DNA of 64,000 nt from a bacterium (GTDB lineage Bacteria > Patescibacteriota > Patescibacteriia > UBA9934 > GWF2-40-263), in the NCBI GenBank assembly GCA_020057555.1, contig JAGVFR010000026.1:22631-86630 (forward strand), given 5' to 3'. Positions 53,175-61,183 of this stretch are shown piece after piece. The first letter of the stretch is position 1. Each line of letters opens with the position of its first letter. The notes under the pieces are model-generated. The model saw only the letters and a program-made list of their open reading frames with translations, had not been told where the DNA came from and made no database searches. Position numbers and translations under genes: made by a program.

Positions 53175-54341
53175 ATGGAAAAGGAGGTTAACTTTTTACA
53201 CGATTCTCATTCAGCAATTTTTGCGATTGATGCTTCTTCGGCTAATAAAGATAAACGAACAGGAGTTGAGAATTACGCGTTTCATTTGATTGAAGCAATG
53301 AAAAAAGAACCGCTCAAGGTGGGAGAGCGTGTTGTTTTATTTTCACCAACTCCTTTGCAAGGAACACTTGCACAAATGCCAAGCAGTTGGGAATCACGTG
53401 TTCTTGGTTGGAAATTGAAGCGCGGATGGATGCAATTGCGTGTGAGCTGGGAATTGCTACGACGTCGGTCGTCAGTTTTTTTTGTACCGGCGCAAGGAAT
53501 TCCAAATTTTTCATTTCGTGTTTTAATTGTCACAACGATTCATGACATTGCTTTTCGTCGTATTGGAAATTTATATAGTTCGTCAGTTCGAAAACGTGTC
53601 GCGTCTGCAACATCACGCGCAATAAAAAAAGCAGAGCATCTTATTAGTGTTTCTCAATTTACAAAAGAAGAATTGAAAACCGTTTACAATGTTTCTGAAA
53701 CAAAAATTACAGTCACTCCACTTTCTGCGGCAACAGAAATATACAAACGTTTAGACGCGAAAGCGATCGAATTGGTTTTACAAAAATACCGTTTGGGTCA
53801 TAATTTTTTCTTGTTTGTCGGACGATTGGAAAAAAAGAAAAGCGTTTCAACAATTATTCGAGCGTTTGAGTTGTTCAAACAGAATCGCGGAATGGGAGAT
53901 CCCTTTGAGCTTGTGCTTGTTGGTGAGCAAGGATTTGGGTATGAGGAAATTAGAACGTGCGTTGAACGTTCACCACAACGAACACTGATTCGCGAAGTCG
54001 GTTATCTTTCTGATCAAGAAGTTTCTGCACTGATGAATGTCTCGACCGCATTATTGTTTCCATCATTATATGAAGGATTTGGAATTCCAAACCTTGAAGC
54101 AATGGCTTGCGGAACAGTTTTGTTAACATCGGATATTCCAGTTCATCACGAAGTCGCAGGCCCTGCCGCGATTTATATTTCACCCAAAGACCCAGAGTTG
54201 TGGGCAAAGCAAATGACTCGACTGGTAGCTGATCCACTGCTCCGCGAACGATTGATTGAAAATGGAAGTATTCGTGTTGCAGAATTTTCTTGGGAGAAAA
54301 CCGCAAAACAGACATGGGAAGTTCTGCGTAGTTTGGTATAA
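53175..54341 (+). CDS. glycosyltransferase family 4 (GT-B)
   Basis: Start refined to ATG 53175. C-terminal EGFGIPNLEAMACG motif. Confidence 0.8.
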   Translation: MEKEVNFLHDSHSAIFAIDASSANKDKRTGVENYAFHLIEAMKKEPLKVGERVVLFSPTPLQGTLAQMPSSWESRVLGWKLKRGWMQLRVSWELLRRRSSVFFVPAQGIPNFSFRVLIVTTIHDIAFRRIGNLYSSSVRKRVASATSRAIKKAEHLISVSQFTKEELKTVYNVSETKITVTPLSAATEIYKRLDAKAIELVLQKYRLGHNFFLFVGRLEKKKSVSTIIRAFELFKQNRGMGDPFELVLVGEQGFGYEEIRTCVERSPQRTLIREVGYLSDQEVSALMNVSTALLFPSLYEGFGIPNLEAMACGTVLLTSDIPVHHEVAGPAAIYISPKDPELWAKQMTRLVADPLLRERLIENGSIRVAEFSWEKTAKQTWEVLRSLV

Positions 54342-54371
54342 TCACTCCATTACTCCATCACTTTTTAATCT

Positions 54372-55148
54372 ATGGACGAATTAATGAACGAACTCAAGCA
54401 TTTAGGTTTATCTGACAAAGAGGCGTCTGTTTATCTTGCATCGCTTGAACTTGGCCCAGCTTCTGTGCAAGACATATCGCACAAAGCAAAAATAAATCGC
54501 GCGACAACATACGTGATGATAGAGGTATTGTCAGGACGTGGACTTCTTTCAACTTTTGTAAAAGGGAAGAAACGTTTTTACGCGCCAGAAAGTCCTGATC
54601 GATTGATTTCCATTTTACGCGTGCAACAGAAAGAACTTGAAGAAAAAGAAAAAGAGTTTGCAAAGTCGCTTCCATTGTTGCTCGCGCTTTATAATGCTGA
54701 AGGAGCAAAGCCGCAGATTCGATATTTGGAAGGGCCAGAAGGATTGCGATCTTTGCGTCAGACTTTTGAAAAATTGAATGGGGAATTTGTTCAGATTCTT
54801 TCGATTGACGATGCGTTGGCAACAAGAGAACTAATGGAAGAAAGTCCGAAACATGTTTCCGCTCTTCGACAAGCAAGCACTTCTTATAGAATTTTGGCAG
54901 TTTTAGATAAGAAGGAACCAAAAGATATTCCGGAGATGGGAACAGGCGAAATTAGAATGGTTCCGTTTTTGGAGTTTCCAATGCACGGTGAGATTACCGT
55001 GCGAGGAAATCATGTGTTTTTGTTTTCATATCGTTCAGCAGTTTTGGCTGTTGTGATTGTAAGTAAAGAGGTCGCTGATGCGGCTCGGGCATTGTTTGAG
55101 CTTGCTTGGAAAGGAGCAAAAGATTTTCAATCAAGAATGGATAAATAA
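54372..55148 (+). CDS. TrmB-family transcriptional regulator
   Basis: N-terminal LGLSDKEASVYLASLELGPASVQDISHKAKINRATTYVMIEVL wHTH, typical of TrmB. Confidence 0.7.
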   Translation: MDELMNELKHLGLSDKEASVYLASLELGPASVQDISHKAKINRATTYVMIEVLSGRGLLSTFVKGKKRFYAPESPDRLISILRVQQKELEEKEKEFAKSLPLLLALYNAEGAKPQIRYLEGPEGLRSLRQTFEKLNGEFVQILSIDDALATRELMEESPKHVSALRQASTSYRILAVLDKKEPKDIPEMGTGEIRMVPFLEFPMHGEITVRGNHVFLFSYRSAVLAVVIVSKEVADAARALFELAWKGAKDFQSRMDK

Positions 55149-55526
55149 CAAAATAGGACCGAGTGTGGTCCGTTGTTGAGAGAGATAAGATATGAGAGAA
55201 GCGCAACAATGTGCGCGAGAGCTTTTTTATGTGAAGCTAGAAAAGGAGCTACGATCCGAGAGCACAATGCATGTGCGGTTGGAGAAACGCCGGATTGAAC
55301 CGACGCGGGTTGAGTTCGTTTGCGTACGTTTTGAGAACCATTCCTGCTTCCATTTTATTACCTCGGACTTTGCCGGCTTGGCCTGCCGGCCAGGCATCTC
55401 ATCCAAAACTTTTAGGATGAGAATATACTCTAGCAATTTTTGTTGATTTTGTCAAGCCAATTGGACTGACTAAGAAGAATTTGGAGAATTTGTTGATATT
55501 TATTAACATATTTTGTCCTGTGACCA

Positions 55527-55555
55527 TTGACAAGCAAAAGATTATTTGATAGTTT
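55527..55555 (+). promoter_or_regulatory. candidate promoter of a small RNA
   Basis: TTGACA (55527-55532), 17 nt, TAGTTT (55550-55555). Confidence 0.35.
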
Positions 55556-55561
55556 GGTCGG

Positions 55562-55707
55562 TTCACTCAAGAAGTGGGCAATGAGGAAGAGAGGACATAA
55601 AACCGACCAACTCCCAATGGCCGGTTTTATCTTAGTCGAAACATGGTACATGGGTTCATGTGTGTGATAAACAAAAAGACGTCCTGTAAACAGGGCGTCT
55701 TTTTTTT
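55562..55707 (+). ncRNA. candidate ~145-nt small RNA, class unknown
   Basis: Lies between the candidate promoter and the terminator at 55678-55707. 5' helix GGTCGGTT / AACCGACC. No ORF. Confidence 0.3.
55673..55707. terminator. bidirectional intrinsic terminator
   Basis: AAAAA-GACGTCCTG-TAAA-CAGGGCGTC-TTTTTTTT (9-bp stem with one G-U). Confidence 0.65.
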
Positions 55708-55717
55708 GGGAAAGAGC

Positions 55718-55837
55718 TATAGCCATCACATTATAAAATGGGACTTTAGACGACTTACCTGTGGATGGGATGCGAAGGACAAGCAGACCGCCACAGGAAA
55801 GGATGGATAAATCCTATTTCATAATGTGATGGCTATA
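55718..55837. repeat. 120-nt hairpin/MITE-like element with 17-bp perfect terminal inverted repeat
   Basis: TATAGCCATCACATTAT (55718-55734) / ATAATGTGATGGCTATA (55821-55837). Inner helices CCTGTGG/CCACAGG (55758-55764/55791-55797) and AGGAT/ATCCT. Confidence 0.6.
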
Positions 55838-55861
55838 CAGTCTTGCGACCGCGCGGTCGTT

Positions 55862-55957
55862 GGACATTACATTATGATTCCGTACTTATAAAGATGAAAA
55901 ACAAGCAGGTTGCCATTTTTAATTTTTTATGGAGTATGGAACCATAATGTAATGTCC
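55862..55957. repeat. 96-nt hairpin/MITE-like element with 20-bp terminal inverted repeat (1 mismatch)
   Basis: GGACATTACATTATGATTCC (55862-55881) / GGAACCATAATGTAATGTCC (55938-55957). Shares CAT(C/T)ACATTAT with the neighbouring element. Confidence 0.6.
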
Positions 55958-56186
55958 ACATTCCTCTCACAGGTCTTCATTGCAAGCATGGAGCAATGGA
56001 AAACTGTGATTGGAGGGCGACGTTGGAAAGATATCCTTCGTCGCCCAAGAGTTTGCCTTCTCGGCTGGAGGCTCTGCTTCCTCTTGGCTCACCGTTTTAG
56101 GAAGGTGACTCCTTTTTGTCGCGTGTTTCAGATTGTAGTGGAATGTGTTAACTCACTTTGCCCTCCTAAATGTTTGGTTTTTTTGG

Positions 56187-57176
56187 CTACGAGAGCATGG
56201 CCTGGAGCTTGAGCTCGGCCATACGGATCACGCCAGGAACCGTCCAGTTCTTGATCGCACGGACGTCCGCGGCGGTCAGACCAGAGTTGCGAATTTTGAT
56301 AGCCGCGCGACCGAGTTGACGGTACTCGTCCTTGCTCACGCCCGGGACGATCTTGCCCTGAACGCGGCGTGGCGGACGAACCAGACCTAGACCGCATGCG
56401 AGCAAACTTCCGTCGCGCAGGGTTTCGACGTGCGAGCGAGTTTCGGCGATTCTTGCGTCAACGCGTTCTTCGGCCTCGCGCTGAAGCCGTGCTTCCTCGG
56501 TCGCTCTCTCGTCCGCGAACATATTCTCGATTGCCGCCATTGCCTCGGGCACGGTCTGCGATCCGAGCGGCAGAACGGTCTGTGCGCACTTGGGGCAGAA
56601 CGACTTCTGAAGGAGACCATGAACGGTCACCTCCTCGAGCCTCTTGACCCCGATAGCGCGCATGATTGTGCTGAACACGACCGCGACCCTTGCCTCGTTC
56701 ATCGGAACGAGTCGCAGACACTGTCCGAACTTTCCCTGACAGACCACGTGGTCCACGCCGTCCTTCGCAATGACGAGTCCCGGGGTGAACCTGACCTCGG
56801 GCTCGAGAACGGGCTCGGGCGCTGGAGCGGGTGCGGCGGGAGCCTTCTTGGTCTCGGCCTTGTGGACCTTGACCTTCGCCGGCTTCGGTGTCTCGACCTT
56901 CGGAGCCGGGGACGGGTTGGCCTCGGTCTTGGGCGAGACGATCTCCTTGGCCATGATTTCGACAGCCTCGATCGAGGAGCAATCCCTCCAGTTCTGGCCC
57001 GTGACCTCGATGATGTGCATGGCGCGACCGAGCTCGACGTGGGATGCGAGGAAGTTGATCGAGCCCTCGAAGTGACGCTCAACCACACGGCCGAGCTCTT
57101 CGAGTTCGCCAGGGAGACCGGGGCGGGAGTCGTCCTGCGGGATGATCTGAAGTCCGGGAGCCATCTGCGCGACCAT
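56187..57176 (-). CDS. hypothetical protein, very GC-rich orphan (Pro/Ala-rich linker)
   Basis: ORF 56187..57197. Start refined to ATG 57176 behind GGAGG. Strong G/C preference at third codon positions. Linker PSPAPKVETPKPAKVKVHKAETKKAPAAPAPAPEP. No family recognised. Confidence 0.6.
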   Translation of the reverse strand: MVAQMAPGLQIIPQDDSRPGLPGELEELGRVVERHFEGSINFLASHVELGRAMHIIEVTGQNWRDCSSIEAVEIMAKEIVSPKTEANPSPAPKVETPKPAKVKVHKAETKKAPAAPAPAPEPVLEPEVRFTPGLVIAKDGVDHVVCQGKFGQCLRLVPMNEARVAVVFSTIMRAIGVKRLEEVTVHGLLQKSFCPKCAQTVLPLGSQTVPEAMAAIENMFADERATEEARLQREAEERVDARIAETRSHVETLRDGSLLACGLGLVRPPRRVQGKIVPGVSKDEYRQLGRAAIKIRNSGLTAADVRAIKNWTVPGVIRMAELKLQAMLS

Positions 57177-57289
57177 GCGTAACCTCCAAAAAAGCATGTG
57201 TCCTGGGTCCCGAACCTACACCACGTAGGAACGGATCAATTTATAGAACCTATCGGTCCTACGACCTTAGCAGTTTGGAAATTGTTATA

Positions 57290-57338
57290 CCTTGAGCGAA
57301 GGAAAATTACTGCCTTCGACAGGCTCAGGCAATAATTT
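57290..57338 (+). repeat. MITE-like palindromic element (copy E) between the two GC-rich genes
   Basis: CCTTGAGCGAAGG...GCCTTCGACAGGCTCAGGCAATAATT. The 26-mer is identical to the copy inside queA. Confidence 0.7.
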
Positions 57339-57463
57339 GCCGGAGTCGGAGGGTTAGATTCAATTTCTAAACTATTAAGATCGTTCCGGGTGGCGTGTTC
57401 AGGGAAAGAAATCCCTTTACACACCACCCGGAAGATATAGAGCGGAGAGAGCGGAAAGAACTA

Positions 57464-58003
57464 CTAGCCGTTGGCGACCTTGCGGGCCTTGCCCTTGACG
57501 GTCACGATCGGCGTCTCGACGGCGGCGGGAGCCTCGGCGGGCGTGGAGACCGGAGCCGGTGTCACGGCGACCGCGGCCTTGAGCTCGGCCACAACCTGCG
57601 GGCCGACCTGCTCACCGATCGGGGTCGAGGCGAGAGCAGGCTTGGCGGGTGCGGAAGCGGCGGGCTTGGGCGTGAGCTTCGGCGCGGGCTTCTCGGACTT
57701 GGACTTCGGGAAGTAGGACATCGTGTTGACCATGTCCTTGAAGTCCAGGAGCGGTGCGAGGGCCGAGTTCTGCCCCATGCCGTGCTCGATGTTGTCGATG
57801 GCCTTCGTGAGAAGGGCCTTTCCGACGTCTTCGATGCAGCGCATGGTGTAGTACTCGGTGCCGACGTAGTCGTCGCGCTTCTCCGGGTCGAGGCCGAGCA
57901 CCTCGCACGCCTTCGCGAAGATCTTGTCGCGCAACTCCCTTTCGAAGATGCGTCCGTAGAGCGGGGAGGGATCGGTCGAGGGGGCCTGGAAGCTGGTCTT
58001 CAT
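57464..58003 (-). CDS. hypothetical protein, very GC-rich orphan (Pro/Ala-rich C-terminal half)
   Basis: 179-codon ORF behind AAGGAGA. Codon third positions are almost all G/C near the 3' end. 45/60 G+C hand-counted at 57481-57540. No family recognised. Confidence 0.6.
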   Translation of the reverse strand: MKTSFQAPSTDPSPLYGRIFERELRDKIFAKACEVLGLDPEKRDDYVGTEYYTMRCIEDVGKALLTKAIDNIEHGMGQNSALAPLLDFKDMVNTMSYFPKSKSEKPAPKLTPKPAASAPAKPALASTPIGEQVGPQVVAELKAAVAVTPAPVSTPAEAPAAVETPIVTVKGKARKVANG

Positions 58004-58464
58004 TGAAATTCTCCTTTTCGATGGCCTGCCTCCAGCCGAACCTGACCCCTGTGGTCAAATCCGCTTTCAGCTCGATGACGGCAAATGTTGTCACCATTGA
58101 GCTGAATCGGATTTTCCCAGAAATACGGAGGTAAAGTGTGACCCATTGACCTGCCCGAAGGCTGGTGTAGATCGTGAGTCTCTTGCGTATGAATTCAGTC
58201 AGCCTAGGCCGAATGAACACATTTGAGACTCTCTGCCAATGTCGTCTTGTAAGACTCGATTGGACAGCTTTACTCTCTCCTCCGTGTTTCTGGGTCGGTT
58301 TTTAACAAAAAACCGGTTGTCGTATATATCTGATCTTTTTGGCAAGAGTCAGACGTACACAACAACCGGTTCTTTTATTCAAAGAATGGCTATTGACTAC
58401 CTTTATACCGTGGGTAGTGCACGGACTCTCTCCCAAAAGTCCTATTTGTAAGAATCATCTTAAC
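58004..58464 (-). promoter_or_regulatory. ~460-nt structured 5' leader of the GC-rich gene pair
   Basis: 16-bp helix 58279-58294 / 58116-58131 (one mismatch) encloses 147 nt. Adjacent hairpin 58057-58114. Internal C(UUCG)G-type loop. Upstream terminator-like hairpin 58311-58371. Confidence 0.4.
58304..58371 (-). terminator. terminator/attenuator-like long hairpin inside the leader
   Basis: AACCGGTTGT (58362-58371, read on the minus strand) pairs with ACAACCGGTT (58311-58320), followed on the minus strand by TTTTTGTT. Confidence 0.45.
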
Positions 58465-58470
58465 GGTCAT

Positions 58471-58499
58471 ACTATATCATATTCTGTCAAAACTGTCAA
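58471..58499 (-). promoter_or_regulatory. sigma70-like promoter for the island transcript
   Basis: Minus strand TTGACA (58499-58494), 17 nt, TATAGT (58476-58471). Confidence 0.5.
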
Positions 58500-58573
58500 G
58501 ACCCGTATGTCGGTGAGGTTAGAATTTTAGCTAAAATTAGACAAAAGCTACTGTCAGGATTTTTTAGACTTAT

Positions 58574-58618
58574 CACTCCGTCACTTCTTCACTCCGTCAC
58601 TTCTTCACTCCGTCACTT
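58574..58618 (+). repeat. 16-bp tandem repeat, 2.8 copies
   Basis: CACTCCGTCACTTCTT x2 plus CACTCCGTCACTT, ending 21 nt before the holB start. Confidence 0.85.
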
Positions 58619-58639
58619 TGTGTTACACTAAAATCTGTT

Positions 58640-59563
58640 ATGGAACCTTTTTCTAAGACGATCGGCCACAAAACGGCACGACAAGTGTTTTTGCGCATGA
58701 TAGAAAACAACCAGCTTCCGCATGCGATTCTTTTTGTTGGTCCAAAACATGTTGGGAAAACTCATCTTGTCACAGAATTGATCCAGCATCTTTTTCATAC
58801 AATACGTCATCCATCGCTCATTTCCGATGTTAGTCTTTTAGCAAGAGAAGTTGATCCAAAAACAGGCAAGAAAAAATTCGCTATTTCTGTTAAACAAGTT
58901 CGTGCTCTTGTTGAACGTCTTTCAATGACTCCAATGGAAGGAAATTGGAAAATCGCGTTCATTCAAGAAGCTGATCGGCTTTCGATCGGAGCCGCGAATG
59001 CGCTTCTCAAAACACTTGAAGAACCAAAAGGAAACGCTCTTATAATTTTACGCGCGCCAAGTGTTGAATCTGTTTTGCAAACAATCGCGTCTCGTTGTCA
59101 GATTTTTCGACTGTCGCCTGTTGCCAAATCAGAAATTATTCCAGCGCTTCAAAAACGTGGGCTTTCAAAAACAGAAGCAGATGAAATTTCAGAGCGATCT
59201 TTTGGTTGTCCGGGAATTGCGATTCGATATATTCAAGATAGTGAAATGCGCGCGCGCAAAGAAACAGCGATCGCGCAAGTCGAAACTTTAATGAACGCGT
59301 CGCTTCCAGAGCAATTTAGATTAGTTTTTGATCTCATTCCAAAAACAGAAATTGACAAGTCTATTGCACTTTCTCATTTGCTCGATGATTGGTCAGAAGT
59401 GTTGCGCGCGAATTTATTAAAAACAGTCGCTGAAAAGCAAACAGCAACCGTGAATAAAACCGCTCGCGTTCTAAATTGTATTCAAACTGTTCGTAGCGCG
59501 ATTTCTCACAACATAAATCCTCATTTATCTTTAGAACATATTTTTTTATCAACACATGTATGA
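58640..59563 (+). CDS. holB: DNA polymerase III subunit delta prime
   Basis: HAILFVGPKHVGKT P-loop-like region and AANALLKTLEEP motif. Confidence 0.8.
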   Translation: MEPFSKTIGHKTARQVFLRMIENNQLPHAILFVGPKHVGKTHLVTELIQHLFHTIRHPSLISDVSLLAREVDPKTGKKKFAISVKQVRALVERLSMTPMEGNWKIAFIQEADRLSIGAANALLKTLEEPKGNALIILRAPSVESVLQTIASRCQIFRLSPVAKSEIIPALQKRGLSKTEADEISERSFGCPGIAIRYIQDSEMRARKETAIAQVETLMNASLPEQFRLVFDLIPKTEIDKSIALSHLLDDWSEVLRANLLKTVAEKQTATVNKTARVLNCIQTVRSAISHNINPHLSLEHIFLSTHV

Positions 59564-60627
59564 AAAAATCTTTTTACCCAATTCTTTCAGTTGTACTTTT
59601 ACTTATTCTTCTTGGCGCTGGTTGTTCTGGGATTGGCGGAAAAGGAAGTAAAGCTCCAGACGGCGGTGTGTTCAAAACATCAGACGCTGGAAAAACTTGG
59701 GTTACAGCAAACATTGTTCCGACTGCTCAAGGAATTGGAACACTTGCCACAACAAATGTTATTAGCATGGAAGTAGACCCACAAGATAACGGTGTATTTT
59801 TTCTTGGTTCTCGCGAAAGCGGAGTGTTGTACAGTGATGATGCAACAGCTTCATGGAAACTTCCTCGTCAAGCAGTTTTGAAAGAAGGCTCTGTTTACGC
59901 GGTTGAAGTTGATCCATTTGACCGTTGCACTGTTTACATTGCTAAAGGTTCGCGACTTTATAAATCAACGGATTGTTTGCGAACGATTGATGATGAAACT
60001 TATGTTGAAACACGTTCTGGAGTTTCAGTTGTCAGACTTGCGCTTGATTGGTACACACAAGGAACGATTTGGATTGGTTTGAACAATGGTGATGTGCTTA
60101 AAAGCACTGATGCTGGAAAAACTTGGAAATCTGTGTTGAAGCTTGGAAAGGAAGTTTCTCAAATCATCATTAGCAACAAAGACAGTCGACAAATAATTAT
60201 TACGTCGTACGCACTTGGATTTCAACGCACATCAGATGGTGGAGACAACTGGGAAAAAGTCGGTGGCGATGCAATAAAATTGAATGGCGCACAGCAAGTT
60301 TATTCACTTATACAAAATTCGGATGCATCTGTTGTGTTGGCCGCGACAAAGTATGGAATTTTGCGCAGTAAGGATTTTGGTTTGAATTGGGAAGCGCTTA
60401 AACTTCTGACATCGCCAGGACAAGTTGTAATTCGCGCTTTAGGAATTTCACCAAAAGATGCAAACACAATTTATTACGCTGTTAATTCAACATTCTTTCA
60501 TTCAACAGATGGAGGGCAAACATGGCAAACACAAAAATTTCCGAGTTTGCGTGTGCCGCGAACTCTGATAATTGATCCTAAAGATTCTGCGGTGGTATAT
60601 GTGGGAGTCGCGGAGGCAACCGAATAA
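59560..60627 (+). CDS. BNR/Asp-box repeat beta-propeller lipoprotein
   Basis: Lipobox LLGAGCSG. Five S/TxDxGxxW boxes (TSDAGKTW, STDAGKTW, TSDGGDNW, SKDFGLNW, STDGGQTW). Confidence 0.65.
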   Translation: MKKSFYPILSVVLLLILLGAGCSGIGGKGSKAPDGGVFKTSDAGKTWVTANIVPTAQGIGTLATTNVISMEVDPQDNGVFFLGSRESGVLYSDDATASWKLPRQAVLKEGSVYAVEVDPFDRCTVYIAKGSRLYKSTDCLRTIDDETYVETRSGVSVVRLALDWYTQGTIWIGLNNGDVLKSTDAGKTWKSVLKLGKEVSQIIISNKDSRQIIITSYALGFQRTSDGGDNWEKVGGDAIKLNGAQQVYSLIQNSDASVVLAATKYGILRSKDFGLNWEALKLLTSPGQVVIRALGISPKDANTIYYAVNSTFFHSTDGGQTWQTQKFPSLRVPRTLIIDPKDSAVVYVGVAEATE

Positions 60628-60628
60628 T

Positions 60629-61183
60629 ATGCATGCGTATCTAAATTCAAAAAAACCAGAGTTTCAAATCACGATCGAACATTTGCAAAAGGAGCTAGGG
60701 TCTTTGCGCACTGGTCGCGCAACTCCTGCGCTTGTTGAAGATATAAAAGTGAGCGCTTATGGATCGATTATGGAAATTCGCGGTCTCGCCTCACTTAATG
60801 TTCCAGATTCAAAAACAGTTGTGATTGATCCGTGGGACAAAAGCTTAATTCAAAACATTGAAAAAGGAATTCGAGACGCCGGTGTTGGTTTGAGTCCGGT
60901 CGTTGATGGAAATGTTTTGCGCATCATGGTTCCACAAATGACTGAAGAAAATCGAAAGCAAATTGTAAAAATCATGAAAGAAAAACTCGAAGAGTCACGA
61001 ATTCGCACGCGTGGAATTCGCGAGGAAATTCGTGAAGAAATAATGAAGAAGGAAAAAGAAAAAGAATTTTCTGAAGATGAAAAGTTCAAGCTGTTTGATG
61101 AATTGGAAAAGCTAACAAAAGATTATAACGAGCAGGTCACACAAATGGGAGAAAATAAAGAGGAAGAAATAATGACTGTATGA
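60629..61183 (+). CDS. frr: ribosome recycling factor
   Basis: LQKELGSLRTGRATPALVEDIKV and LNVPDSKTVVIDPWD pattern. Start refined to ATG 60629. Confidence 0.9.
   Translation: MHAYLNSKKPEFQITIEHLQKELGSLRTGRATPALVEDIKVSAYGSIMEIRGLASLNVPDSKTVVIDPWDKSLIQNIEKGIRDAGVGLSPVVDGNVLRIMVPQMTEENRKQIVKIMKEKLEESRIRTRGIREEIREEIMKKEKEKEFSEDEKFKLFDELEKLTKDYNEQVTQMGENKEEEIMTV

Noticed and set aside
55279-55310. tRNA/tmRNA-like T-arm on the minus strand (GCGTCGGTTCAATCCGGCGT followed by TTCTCCAACC).
   Set aside because: The loop is 6 nt rather than 7. No complementary acceptor 5' strand, D-arm or anticodon arm could be built in the preceding 70-350 nt.
55192-55446. 84-codon ORF at the left edge of the island.
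   Set aside because: It has no convincing SD, and its composition and translation are not protein-like. It spans several hairpins (for example TCTCATCC-N10-GGATGAGA). It is treated as non-coding.
56128-58220. Many overlapping ORFs in all six frames across the GC-rich genes (for example 56430..57182 +, 56458..56982 -, 56699..57088 -, 57395..58006 +, 57612..58220 -).
   Set aside because: High G+C suppresses stop codons, so shadow ORFs are expected. Only the frames 56187-57176 (-) and 57464-58003 (-) combine an SD-preceded ATG with G/C-dominated third positions and non-repetitive protein-like sequence. The others translate to Arg/Gly/Ser/Pro-rich low-complexity strings.
58574-58618. CRISPR array (also considered for the other short tandem or word-like repeats).
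   Set aside because: The repeats are 16 bp, directly abutting without spacers, with fewer than 3 copies, and no cas genes are in the window. The other word tracts are low-complexity, not repeat-spacer structured.
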